DNA of 64,000 bases, from NCBI GenBank assembly GCA_965240325.2, contig OZ251244.1:682001-746000 (forward strand), given 5' to 3'. The notes under the pieces are model-generated. The model did not search any database. It had not been told where the DNA came from and saw only the letters and a list, made by a program, of their open reading frames with translations. Made by a program: the position numbers and the translations under genes. The stretch is from Rebecca billardiae RCC1528. Lineage: Eukaryota; Protista; Haptophyta. This document shows, one piece after another, positions 46,649-58,400 of the stretch (the first letter of the stretch is position 1; every line of letters begins with the position of its first letter).

Positions 46649-47038
46649 TCACGCGTTGCCCATGAAGCGGTTGATCATCACCGGCATCGAGTCGATGAAG
46701 CCCGCGGCGAATCGTGCGCCCTTCAGGCCCTGGTCGGCCGTGTGCAGGTGGTCCGTGTGATCGGCGTGATTGCTCGCCCCGAGGTACGTCGGGTCCGACT
46801 CCTCCGCTCCGATCTGCTCCTGGACACCGCCGTCGACGATCGAGAGCAGGCTGCCGAGCATGCCCATGCCGACGTGCATACCCTGCATCGAGTCGTCAGA
46901 CAGGCCCGCGGCGAGCCTGTGCTCGTGGTTGCACGCGTGCTCGAGCTGACGGTTCTCCCTGCGGTTGTGCCCTGTGCCGAGCAGGTCGCACGCGGAAGGC
47001 GAGCTCTCCGCGGGGGCTGGAGCCTCGGCCGATGCCAT
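46649..47038 (-). CDS. Hypothetical His-rich protein (129 aa)
   Basis: Protein-like composition with GC3-rich codons. Head-to-head with cyclophilin. Confidence 0.6.
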   Translation of the reverse strand: MASAEAPAPAESSPSACDLLGTGHNRRENRQLEHACNHEHRLAAGLSDDSMQGMHVGMGMLGSLLSIVDGGVQEQIGAEESDPTYLGASNHADHTDHLHTADQGLKGARFAAGFIDSMPVMINRFMGNA

Positions 47039-47219
47039 CCTCGTCGAATGCGTGCTGCTTCAACGCTCAGGGCCGGGCGGCAGATGGACGATGGTGCCGG
47101 TTGAGTTTCATCCGGCGCTTTCCTTGGTTGGAAGGGCGTGGGATGGAGCAGTTGCTATTCCGGTAGGAAAGTTTCGTCTACGTACTATTGTACAGTAGAT
47201 AGGTTATTCCCTGTCGACG

Positions 47220-47917
47220 ATGGCGGCGCTCTCGGCGCTCGTCGCCTTGTTGGGCCTCTGGCCAGCGCTGCCCGTGCATCCGCAGGCCGAGGTGACCGAC
47301 CGCGTGTACTTCGATGTGACTATCGGCGGTGAATCGGCCGGCCGCATCGTCATCGGCCTGTACGGCACGACAGTACCGCGGACTGTAAAGAACTTCCTCC
47401 ACCTATGCGCAGGCGACCGCCTCGGCAAGAAGGGTCGCGCCCTGGAGTACAAGGGCTCCAAGTTCCACCGAATCATTCCAAACTTCATGCTTCAGGGCGG
47501 CGACTTCACGCGCGGCGATGGGCGTGGCGGCGAGAGCATCTACGGCCGCACGTTTGGTGCGAGCAGCGCCACAAGTGCTGCTGCATGCATGTGCTGCCGC
47601 GTGCTCACACCAGCACGTGCGCGTGCGCCCGCCCATGTGCATGTGTCGCGCGTCGACCCGCAGCGGACGAGAGCTTCGCCCTCAAGCACCTTGGGCCCGG
47701 CACCCTCTCTATGGCGAACGCCGGCCCGGACTCAAATGGCTCGCAGTTCTTCATCACGACGGTGCCCACGCCGTGGCTCGATGGGAAGCATGTTGTCTTC
47801 GGTGCGGTTGCAGAGGGCATGGACGTGGTGCGTGCCATCGAGCGCGAGGGCTCGCGCTCAGGGCAGCCGAAGCGCCAAGTGGTCATCTCGAATGCGGGCG
47901 TGCTCTCCCGATCATGA
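47220..47917 (+). CDS. Secretory-pathway cyclophilin (peptidyl-prolyl isomerase, CypB-like), 2 exons
   Basis: [44 protein letters not shown]. Signal peptide. Intron 47557-47663. Confidence 0.95.
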
Positions 47918-48335
47918 CCCGGTGCTTTCCGACCAACTCCAGCGCCGTGCCCAGCCGCTTCCGCAGCTCCGCCTACCCACTTTCGGCTTTGAGGAGTTGG
48001 AAATGGGACTCATGTCGTGGCAAAAGCCGGCAACTATGAACGACGACCGCACAGCGCACACTCCGCAGCACGAGACGCGCATACGCGCGTGTCCTTCGGC
48101 CTGGCGCGTGGGCACGGCCGGCGCCGCCGCCCCGCCGGGCTACGACGGGCCCGCGCGCGGTCCGAGTCAGTCACGGACACGGTGCCGGGACGACACTGTA
48201 AGTGTCTGTAATCTGTATCATTGCGCGCGCCAGAGGCATCAGCCACAGTCAGGGACAGCCAGTGACCCTATGGGGGGGGGGGGGGGGGGGGGGGGGGTGC
48301 ATTCAACGGAACCCCTGGCAGCCAGACGGGGCGAT

Positions 48336-48842
48336 GGCTCTGCTGGCTTGGCGGTTGACCCCTGCCAGCCATGAGACGGGCGTCACTGTGTCTGTGAGCT
48401 CCTTCATGAAGTCACTCGTAAAAACTGCACAGGAGGACCTCAATGGATGCCTAGATGATGACTTCAGAGCGATATTGGGCCAACAAGCACTTCCTCTCTC
48501 TCTCTCTATATATATAGTTCAGACTCTATTGTTACTCGATGTATTTACCCATTTCAGACTCTGGTCAGAACACGGTCCGGGAGCCGGATCCGGATGCATA
48601 CGTAGCTATTGGAAATATGTCACCGGACTGGGTAAATAGCTATGAAAAATAGAGTCTGAACTAGTCACAAACTGATTTTCACACCCTGGGCACTTATTGG
48701 CCATTCATAGCAGCAACCCTGAACCCCACTTGGGGCCCTGTGGGACACTTCGGGCGCTCATTCGCCGCAGGAATGCGATGATCATTTTCGGTACGCCCGG
48801 TTTCTATGACCGGACTGGCAGGGGTCAACCGGAGCCAGAGCC
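48336..48842. mobile_element. Nested GGCTC-ended element, 4 bp TSD CGAT
   Basis: TIR ggctc..ggttgacccctgccag. cgat on both flanks. The empty site (single cgat) is visible in the sister host copy near 38770. Confidence 0.85.
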
Positions 48843-49054
48843 CGATGTGAGGGTACCAATCGAAAGCCCGATCTGTCCGCCGGGCCGGGGCTGGCGGACG
48901 AAGCCGCAGTTTGATTCGGGGCTGGAGGCTTCGGCCGCCAGTCTGATCACCCGGAGCCCGTTATAAAGGGGAATTTAACAGTAGGCGTCAGAGTCAGCAA
49001 CTCAGCAAGCTGTCTGTAGCAGCAGATCGAGCAGCAGAGACAAACATGAAACAA

Positions 49055-49057
<3 letters not shown>

Positions 49058-49139
<82 letters not shown>
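49058..49139. repeat. (TA)n microsatellite
   Basis: Direct inspection. A similar run lies at 37842-37877. Confidence 0.95.
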
Positions 49140-49140
<1 letters not shown>

Positions 49141-49910
49141 TTAACGACGTGGCTAATACGTACTTTCCTTGTCCTTGATTGAAGTTGAACGCGTCGTCAC
49201 AGTCGAACACGGAGGACTCCATCGTGCTGAACTTTTTATTTTTTGGCGCTCCCGGACCGGTCTCCCGCACGAAGTGACGATGGATGGACTCATGGACATG
49301 GAGCTAGCCGCGGCGGGCGAGGAGGCGAGACGTCTGGAGGCCCTGATCAGGGCGCACCCGCTGGTGGGCGGCGGCACCTTGTCGCGCTCGCGCCCCGGGT
49401 GCACGTTCGTGCACTTGGAGTTATCGATGAGCGAGAAGCTGCTCGTCAACTCGAGCGAGCTGCGCGCTGTCCACGTCGAGCTCACTCCGCCTGGCCGCGC
49501 GCCTTGAGCTCGCGGCGGAGCGGGCGGGTGCAGGAGCTTGTCGGCGTCGAGCTGCTTGCGCTCCGGGCCGCGCCGTCAGCTCGTAGTGGCGCGGGCATGC
49601 GCACGAGCTCGTGCTTGGCTGCAGCTCCTCAGAGGACAGCCACAGCTGGCCGGCTCACTCGGGCTCAGAGTGAGGTCCGCGCGACGGCGCCGCCGAGGTC
49701 GGAGGCCAGCGGCGGCCGCGCCGCAGCGGTCGATGCGTCGCTTGATCCTGCACTGCGCTACGGCTTGACTCGCAAGGGAGACGCCGAGATCAGGGCTGCG
49801 TGCGAGGCGTCGCATGGTCGTTAAACTTCGTTAAACGCAGTAACTTACTAGTGCCAATATGAATAACCCCACGACATATATCTATCTTCAGAACGATTAC
49901 ACGCGGACTT

Positions 49911-50512
49911 CCGGTAGCGATCCGGATGCACCCATTAGATAGCTATTGGGAATATGGCACCGCGGACTACTGGGTAAATAGCTATATGATTATGAACAAT
50001 TATAATAATAGCGCAGAGTCTGAAGTCGTAGTCACAAACTGAGTTTCACACGGTGTCCGCCTGGCGGGCACTAGTACTAATTATAAGATGGCCATCCGAT
50101 CGACATGATAGCGCAACCCTACTTGGGGCCCTCGGCCGGAAACAGTTCGTCGGGCGTATATATTCATTCGGCGGCCGCAGCAGGACGATAAGTGCTGCTC
50201 GGATCGGAATCGTGCGGATAATCGTGCGCGCGTGGCGAAGTGGCGTATACGGCCCGGGGCCGCCAGAATGTATAGCTAGACGATATCACGATATCATCAT
50301 TTTTGGCGCCGCCGGTCGTCGTCGCTGACGGCCGATGCGGCATGCGCCGTACTAGCGCTGAGCCGCTCAGAGATATATGAGATATGCCGCGTAGAGTACC
50401 GTCGTACGCTGTCAAGCAGTACGGCAGTACGCGGGCGGCCCGCCGGCCCCGCCGCGGCCTTTCTATCAGACCGGCGGACTGGCAGGGCGGGGCGCCAACC
50501 GGAGCCAGAGCC
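49911..50512. mobile_element. Expanded, insertion-riddled copy of 48577-48842
   Basis: Colinear anchors gatccggatgca, gggtaaatagctat, tagtcacaaactga, acttggggccct, ggactggcaggg, caaccggagccagagcc. Confidence 0.8.
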
Positions 50513-50548
50513 TAGCATATCAGCCGTAGTATATCGTCATCATCATCA

Positions 50549-53500
50549 CTAATCATCGACGATCTCTCCCAGGAACTCCACCTCGCTGCCATCGCCGCGG
50601 TAGATCATCCGCCGGCCGTTGTGGTTGCACGGCACCGCGCGTACGGTGATGTCGATGGGGTGGCCCTGCGGCGAGCGCTTGAAGGCGCAGTGGAAGTCCA
50701 TCCAGCGGTAGTCGTCCGCCGTGATGTGCCGGAAGATGCCACGAGAGCGCACCAACTGGTTGCCCCCGCGCAGCGGCACGACGGATTGCACGGGGACATT
50801 GTCCTCTGTCGGGCGGAGGGTGTGCGGCAACAGCCCGACCGCAGACTTCTGATCAGACTCCTGCACGAATCTCTGGCGGACGATGAGCTGGCAGTACGGG
50901 TGCAGGTCCTCGCCTGCACGGCGCAAGCGGCGCGCGACACATGCGGCGGGGCGCCGTGGTGGGCGGTGGCGCCGCGCAGGGCGCGCGCAGTGCACGCGCA
51001 CACGGCCACGCGGCGCGGCCGCGGCGCCGCGCGGCGCGCGCGTTTACGACGTCGCGTGCGCGCACCGCTGGCCCCGCCGACCAGCTCCCAGGGCTCGTGC
51101 TCGAAGAAGGTTGCCGACGCCGCCGAGACGTACGTGATGAAGCCCGCGTCGTCGAAGGTCTTCATCACGTCCGGCTGCGCGTCGCACATCGTCCGGAAGT
51201 GCGAGTCAGGCGTCGAGACGTTCGCGCGCTGCACCATGAAGGTGTGAAGCGTAAGGCGCTGCGGCACGGGCGCGTAGTACATCACCGCCTCGAGCTGCTT
51301 GCCGGCGTACCCGCCGGGCAGGTCGGCGCGGAGGCGCAGCACGCCGCATGACAGCGCGAGCCGCGGCAGCCGCGGCCCCTTGGACACGCCCCCCGCCGGG
51401 CCGGACGGGTGCCCGCGCAGCGTGAAGCCGAGGAAGCTGATCACGGCCTGAAGGACTTCGACGGACGCGCCGTCGAACACGCGGTGCATCCAGTCCGGAG
51501 CGCCGACCGCGAGCGGCGCGATCGAGCCGCCCATCGCGTCGTCGAGGTTCTTCGAGACCCACGTCGCGTTGAGCACGTCTTGCGGGGGCTGCGGCAGCTC
51601 GTGCGGCCTCCACCCGCCCGCGCCACCCGCCGCCCTGCGAGCCGCGCGCCCGATGAGCTGCGCGGCGGAGACGCCGCACATGGTGAAACCGATGTGTGGC
51701 GCGCACGGCGTGTAGCACAGGGTGTCCAGCCACGCCGGGTGCTCCGTCCCCAGGCAGACGAGGCCCTTCACGCCCGGGCTGAGCGTGTGCACCGCCGGCA
51801 GCATCCGTGGCACCGTCGGCGGCGAGAGCAGGTGCGCCCTCTGCTGCAGCAGCGCGGCCGCGGCCGCGGCCGGAAAGTTCGGTCCGGGCGAGCGAGTCTG
51901 AAAGTGCGCAGCGTGCGGGTGCATGGCCGCCATGGAGAAGACCGGAGCAGCGCTTGCGACGAGGGCGGAGGAGTGTGGCGGCGCGCTCGCGGGGAGCGTG
52001 CGATCGGCATCGCGCACACCGGGCGGCGGCAGCGGCAGCAAGAGGCCCGCCCCGCCGAGCGCGCCGTACGCGCCGCCGAGAGCCGCGGGCGGCGCGCCCA
52101 CGCCAGCTGGCCGCACCGCGCCCGCCTGCCCAAACGCGGCGCGCAGAGCGAGCACCTGCTGCGCGTGCAGCTCAGGATCGCTCCCGTGCAGCCGGCTCCC
52201 GCCCTGGAGCTGCCCTCCCATCCGTGCAGCCGCGAGCATCGTGTCGAGGTCCGTCCACGTGGACAAGCCCGCGGTCGCGCCCGCGCCCGCGCCCTGAGTC
52301 TCGCGCGACGTGGCGTCGTCGCCGACGCGCCTCCGCTGAGCGCTCGGACCGTTAGCGTTCGCGCGCTGCTCGTGCGCATCGGGCATCAGCGCCTTCCGCG
52401 AGCGCATGTCGAGGCCGGCGAGAGCCGCCGCGCCGAGGTCGTGCGCCGCGCCGCCGGCGCTCTCGACGCCCGCCGCCGGCTGCGCTGGCCGCCACGGCGC
52501 GGCGCCGCCACTCATCGAGGAGGCCGTGCCGACGGCCGCCGCGAGCGCGGACACATTGCCTGCGGCAGCGTCGGGCAGCGCGTACGCCTGCGCGCCGCGC
52601 GGAGCAGGCGCGGGCCCGGCGGGGACCAGGCTGGGCGTGGACGCCGCCAGCGGCGGCGGCGGCGCCGGCCCGAGGACGGGTGGCAGCGGCGTCGCGGGCT
52701 GCATGTCGCTCGCCACCGGCTGCGCGAGCGCATCGAGCTGACGGTCCAACAGGTCCCCCTTCTTGCGCTTTGAGATGACGCGCACGCCCATCACAGAGAT
52801 CCAGTGCTCCGCGCCGCTCTCTCGCGCGCGCTCGAAGAGGCCCTTCGTCTGCATCGCCGCCGCCGCCGCCGCCGGGGGCACCACCTCGACCAGCAGGTGG
52901 AAGAGCGCATGGTCGCAATTGTACGACGTCGTGTCGAACTGGATTCCGGTCAGCTTGACCTCGCGGCTCGAGTGCGCTGTCGCGTGCTGCACGCCCGTGC
53001 GCAGCGGCACGAGCCCGAGCGTCTTCGGGCCGTCGCCGCCGCCCCGCGGCGCGCCGAGGGTGACGGCAAGCATACGCACGGCGCAGCCCTCGGGCGCAGT
53101 CACGCGCACCTCGGGGATGCGCCAGGTCTTGTACCTGATGCGGGTAAGGTGGGTAAGGTGGGTAGGATGCGCCGGGCGATGTGCGAGGCGGTGGCACACG
53201 GGGCGCGCGCGCGCGCGCGCGTGGGAGGCGCGAGGGGCGGGCGGTGAGCGCGCGGGTGTGCGTGTACCGAGCGCGCCGCGCGCGGCACACCGCCCCGCCG
53301 GGGCTCGGCAGCACGGTAACCGATCGGCCATGCATGCAAGTGCAGCGCAGCGCCGCGCCGCGCCGCGCCGCGCCGCGCCGCGCCGCGCCGCGCCGTGCGC
53401 GCGCACCAGAAGTAGGAGCCGTCGTCGTGCTTGACGAACGGGCGCGCGAGCGAGACCGTTGAGCCCAGCGTGGGCTTGCCAGATGGCGCGTTGAGCAGCG

Positions 53501-53894
53501 TGCCATCCGCCCCCACGCTGCATCGCCGCCACGACATGGGCGGTGTAGACACCTGCGAGGGCGGCCCGATGCGCGCCGTATTGATGCGGATTGGCGCTTG
53601 CGCTGGCGCGCCGGCGAGGTCGAGCTGGCCGCCGCGGGAGCTGCTGTCATCGGCGGGCTCGGGTACATCCAGCCGCCGCTCGACCGAGCCGCCACCGCAC
53701 ATGGACGCGTGCATCGGCACCGACGTCGCGCAGCCCACGTTGTTAACAAAATCGAGTACCATGCGGTCCGACGGCGACAGCACGTCGGCTTGCAGCGCGG
53801 TGTCGACGAGCGAGTCAAGCTGGTCGAGCGCGAACAGCTCGTCGAGCGGAGATCCCCCGCGGTGCTGCCCGGACGGCGTCGGCATCGCAGGCAT
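50549..53894 (-). CDS. Candidate transcription factor: Ig-fold (CudA/STAT/p53-like) DNA-binding domain + PAS domain(s), 3 exons
   Basis: KLTGIQFDTTSYNCDHALFHLLVEV..ISVMGVRVISKRKK. PAS: HFRTMCDAQPDVMKTFDDAGFITYVSAASATFFEHEPWELVG, plus a second PAS-like MCGVSAAQLIG. Introns 53135-53406 and 50914-51065. Start could be 54002. Confidence 0.7.
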
Positions 53895-54524
53895 CGCGCG
53901 GATGCTCCCCCCTCCCGGCCGCTGGCCGCTGGGGCTGAATACGGTACACAGGGCACAGGCGGCCTCGAAGCAGCGCGTGTGCGCTGATCGTACAAGCTTC
54001 ATCAGGCTTGCGGGTTGGATTGCAGTGGCTCTTCTTGAGTTCTTGGGCCCAGCAATTGATCAAGATGCTCACAACCGGTTCCGGATGCCAAGATGCGGGT
54101 ACAAAGGTCGGGTGGTGAATTACTGGTGATGTGCAATCTGGATGCAAGATTTCAATCTCCCGAGCACTCCAGATCAGATGTGAAAGGACGAGGCTCCCTA
54201 GTCGGTTCGCTCTTGATCAGTTCGCTGTATCATAGAGCAGTTGAAAAGAATATCCCGAGTATATCTCTATGTGGTTCACGACGAGTATCTAAATCGGTCG
54301 TCAACGGCTGGCCGCATTTCAGTTTAAGTTTGATAAACCATGCCCGAGTTCGGTCAATTGTCTAGTTGACGACCATACCCTTATGAATTATGATTCAAAC
54401 CAAGTGGGTAGTGGTTTAACGTGCTGGCTGCTACAATATGATGCAGTTTCCATGAAGAATACCGAGACGTGCGTACGCACACAGCTTATAATTAGGATCG
54501 TTCTTCCAAGCGGAGTCGTCTTAT

Positions 54525-55429
54525 TGACCCTGTGCGTGAAAGCCTCCGGAGAGATTATATTTATGCCCCCGCGACGCCGGCCCATGGCTGCCGCACGTGC
54601 GTGCCCCGCATGCCTCGAGCGCGTACATGCACGCGACGGGTGTCCTGACAGCGAGGGCGGGGTGGCGTAGATGGTCTCGTGGGATGTGCGTCAGTGTGCC
54701 GAAGACGTCTCGACACCTTGGTGGCATGCCCACACCTCTCCTTGTCGCCGCTTGCGTGCTGCGTGCTCGGCCAGCCGTTTGGAGTGCACGCCTGCACGTG
54801 CGCGGCCAGTGTCGGGCGGATCGAGCCGCAGAGAGTGTTCGTGCGGGTACTCCCTCTCGGAGCGCCTCTCTACCACTGCTGCAAGCCCTCGTGCGTGTCG
54901 TGGAACCTGTCGAATCCAGTCAGACGCGTGCGCCAAACTTCCTGGCGAACAATGTGCGGGAATGACGGCGGCAGAAATGCGCTATTAAAATACCGGACCA
55001 TGATGACGTTGAGCACGTCGTGGGTTCGAGTGCACAGCTTGGGGTTGACGCACGAGGGCTTGCAACAGTTGGTAGAGAGGCGCTCCGAGAGCCTGGAGTA
55101 CCCGCACGAATACTCACTGCGGCTCGATCCGCCCGACCGACTCGGTCGGACTGGCCGCGCACGTGCAGGCGTGCACTCCAAACGGCTGGCCGAGCACGCA
55201 GCACGCAAGCGGCGACAAGGAGAGGTGTGGGCATGCCACCAAGGTGTCGGGACGTCTTCGGCACACTGACGCACATCCCACGAGACCATCTACGCCACCC
55301 TGCCCTCGCTGTCAGGACACCCGTCGCGTGCATGTACGCGCTCGAGGCATGCGGGGCACGCACGTGCGGCAGCCATGGGCCGGCGTCGCGGGGGCATAAT
55401 CTCTCCGGAGGCGTTCACGCACAGGGTCA
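54525..55429. mobile_element. Foldback element, ~375 bp arms, AT duplication, inserted at the 3' end of the XK-LRR gene
   Basis: Arms 54525-54896 and 55048-55429. AT|tgaccc...gggtca|AT. Confidence 0.9.
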
Positions 55430-55431
55430 AT

Positions 55432-58400
55432 TGTAGAGCAGCGACAAGCCGCTCCCTTTGCGCGCGCCCACGGTATTCCATGCCTTGCGGCTTGCCGAGT
55501 TCCTTCGCCTCCGTCTCCGCCACGTGGAAGGAACGTCGCTGCAGCCGCCGCGGCGGGCATCGGCGCGCGGGGCCGCACGCGCCAGAGAGCAGGCGGCCCG
55601 GGCATCGGCGCGCGGGGCCGCACGCGCCAGAGAGCAGGCGGCCGAGCAGAGTATCTCAGCGACTGAGGCCTTTGCCAGCCTCGCTCGCCGCACGTGCGCG
55701 GGCCACGCGCGCGCCGCGCACGCGGTCACGCGCGGCGCCGTGCGAGAGAAGTGTGCACGGAGACCCTCGAGTGCGCGCGCTGGGCGCAACGCGCGTGGCC
55801 TCGTGACCGGCCGCGCGCACCCGAGCTCACAAACTCGAAGGCTCTTGCACTTTGCGATGGCGTCTACCCAGTGCGAGCTCAACGGCCCAAACGCGTTGCC
55901 CTGTAGCCTGAGCTCGGTGAGGCTTTCGCACGCGTCGACCAGCAGTGCGAGGGGCGCCGACGCCTGCGACTGGAGCAAGTTGTCGCTCAGGTCGAGTGTC
56001 TGCAGCCCCTTGAGCATCACGTCGAGCGAGAGGCACACGTTGGAAAACGCCGTGACGGCCCCGGCTGAGGCGAACGCGCCCCGCTCGCCGCTGCCGTCGC
56101 TGATGCGGAAGTAGGTGATTGGCGTGGGAGTCAGTGGGGACGCGACGGCCGCCGACGCGAGCGCGGGCCCAAGCACCTCTCGGACCATGTCGTGGCTCAG
56201 CCCGTGCCGCACGGCAGGGCCGTGGAAGTTCAGCCCGTCGGGCGAGCTCGAGCGGCCGGCGCGCCAGCGGAGCACGCCGACGGCGCACTCGATGGCCAGC
56301 GGGGCGAGCCCGGTGGGGAGGACCTTCGCCTCGACGTCGACCCAAGGAGCGCTCGTGCGCATCGCGTGCAGCCAGACGAGCTCGGGCTGCTCCCACGTGC
56401 CGTCCGCCGCCAGCGCCTTGACGACGCGCATCGTCGGCAGGTCCACGAGCGCGGCGCCGAGCGAGCGGAGCGCATCCGGGTGGAACTTGTTGTCTCGCCA
56501 ATGTCGAGCTGCTGGAGGGACACCGCGCCGCGCACGATGCTCAGCAGCGCGGGCATGGCACCGTCCCGGTCGGGGAGGCCGCAGTGCGCGAGCGAGAGCG
56601 AGGTGATCCGCATGCTGGTGACGTAGGGCACCGCCGCTGCCAGCGCGTCCGTGTCCAGCTCGGAGAAGCTCAGGCTGCGCAGACTGCCGTTGGTCGCCGC
56701 CACGCGCGCGGCGAGGCCGGTCACGCTGCGGCTCGGGACCGTGGCGGCCTGGCCCTTGCGCAGGCTGCGCACGTCCAGCTCGCGCCCGCCGCAGTAGAGC
56801 GTCTCGAAGGGCGAGTCGCCGGTGAACGCGTCCGCGAGCACGTCGAGCGAGCGCGCGCTCTCGTCCGCCGGCACGTGCATCTCGCGAAGGCTGTCGTTCG
56901 TCCGCAGCAGCCGCGCGAGCAGCTTGTACCCGCCGCTACTCATCTGCGAATCGTGAATGTACAGCTGCGACGTCGTCTTGTTTGGCGCGAGCAGCTTGGC
57001 GGCGACGATCGCGTCGAGGTCCGTGGGCTTGTTGAGCGCGGCCGAGGGCTGGCCCGAGCTCGCGCCCTTCAGCGTGTTCAGCTCGAGCGGCTCGCGGCCG
57101 AGTGTGAGCGTGCGCAGGCCGCAGCCCTCGGCGGCCACCGCGTCGCCGAGCGCGGACGCGCCGCGGTGGCGCAGGTGGTTGCGCGCGAGGCTCAGCTCGT
57201 GCAGCACGGCGTTCGAGCGCACCATCTTCGCGAGCAGCGCCGCGCCCGGGTCGCCCACGTCGCACTGGTCCAGCTTGAGCGTCTCCAACGTGCCGTGCCC
57301 GCCGAGCACCTCCAGCAGCACCTCCACGCCCACGCCCCCGAGCGGGTTCTTGCCAAGGGTACCCTTGTTCTTGCTCAGGTCGAGCGACTTGACGCTCGTG
57401 GACGGCTCGAGCATCTCGCCGACAGACGCGGCGTGCACTGGGCCGAGGCGCTTGCGCACCAGGCGCACGGCGCTGCCGCTCAGGTCCTGCACGGGCAGCG
57501 GCACGCCGTTGATCTGCACCGCCGCGGGCAGCTTCACGCGCCGCAGCATCGAGATCGGGATCCGAACGACGGCCGAGCGCGCGAACACGTCACGCACGGT
57601 CATCCCGCCCAGGTCCCACGTCTTGCCACTCCCCGTCACGAGCTCGCCGATCGGGCTGGGCGCGCGCAGCGTGTGCATCGACTTGTTCTGCTCGAGCGCC
57701 TGGCAGAGCACGTCCAGCGGCGAGCCCGACGGCAGGAACGCCAGCTCGATCACCGTCACGCTCTCACCAGCCAACTCCTGCACCGGCAGCCCGCCACCCA
57801 GCGAGATGAGGTATCGGATCGGGTTCATGCGTGCGCGGACGGAGCCGATGAGAACCTTGGTCGCGAGCTGGAAGGTGGACGTGAGCAGCGAGACGAGGAG
57901 CGCCCCTGCGCAGGCAGCCGCCGCAAACGCCGCCGCGCGTGTACCTCTGAGTCGCCGCGGGCGCCGAGGCGGCCGCTGCTCGTCCCGCCGATCGCTGCGC
58001 GCGCGCGCGACACGAGCGCGGCGCGCGGCGCGCCTCGCCGGCGCTCGGCGCGCAGGACGCGGCGCAGGGCGCGCACATTGGTTGACCTGGTAGCTCGCCG
58101 CTGTGCGCGTGATCTTCTGCTTGATGAAGATGTACGTCTGAAGCAGCACCTGCGGGAACGCCTCGATCACCGACTCGTACGCGATCCGCGTGGCCGCGTA
58201 CCACGTCATAAACGCGTGCAGTTGGCCGTACAGTACAGTGCCTTGTCGAGCAGCAGCGTCCCGTAGTTGAGCGAGCGAATCGCGAGCGCGACGTCGAGGC
58301 CGAAGATGCCGATGGGGCCGAGCCCGACGGCGAGGGAGGGGATGCACACGCCCTCGTTCCCGCTCAGCGCCGTGAGCCCCGTGCGCACGAACTGCGCCAC

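Larger units (their letters stand above)
48235..49820. mobile_element. Inverted, disrupted second copy of the 37899-38856 element with nested insertions
   Basis: End cagccacagtcagggac..ccctatggggg..gtgcatt, resumes at gagggtaccaatcgaaag (48848), interior 49185-49820 homologous to 38130-38680. Confidence 0.75.

Noticed and set aside
48919-48977. Hammerhead ribozyme in the 78 bp family
   Set aside because: Core reads CUGAUCA and GAAU rather than CUGANGA and GAAA.
54525-55429. piggyBac assignment from CCC..GGG near the ends
   Set aside because: Flanks TTGA and TCAA are not a duplication. An AT TSD gives symmetric ends and restores the host frame.
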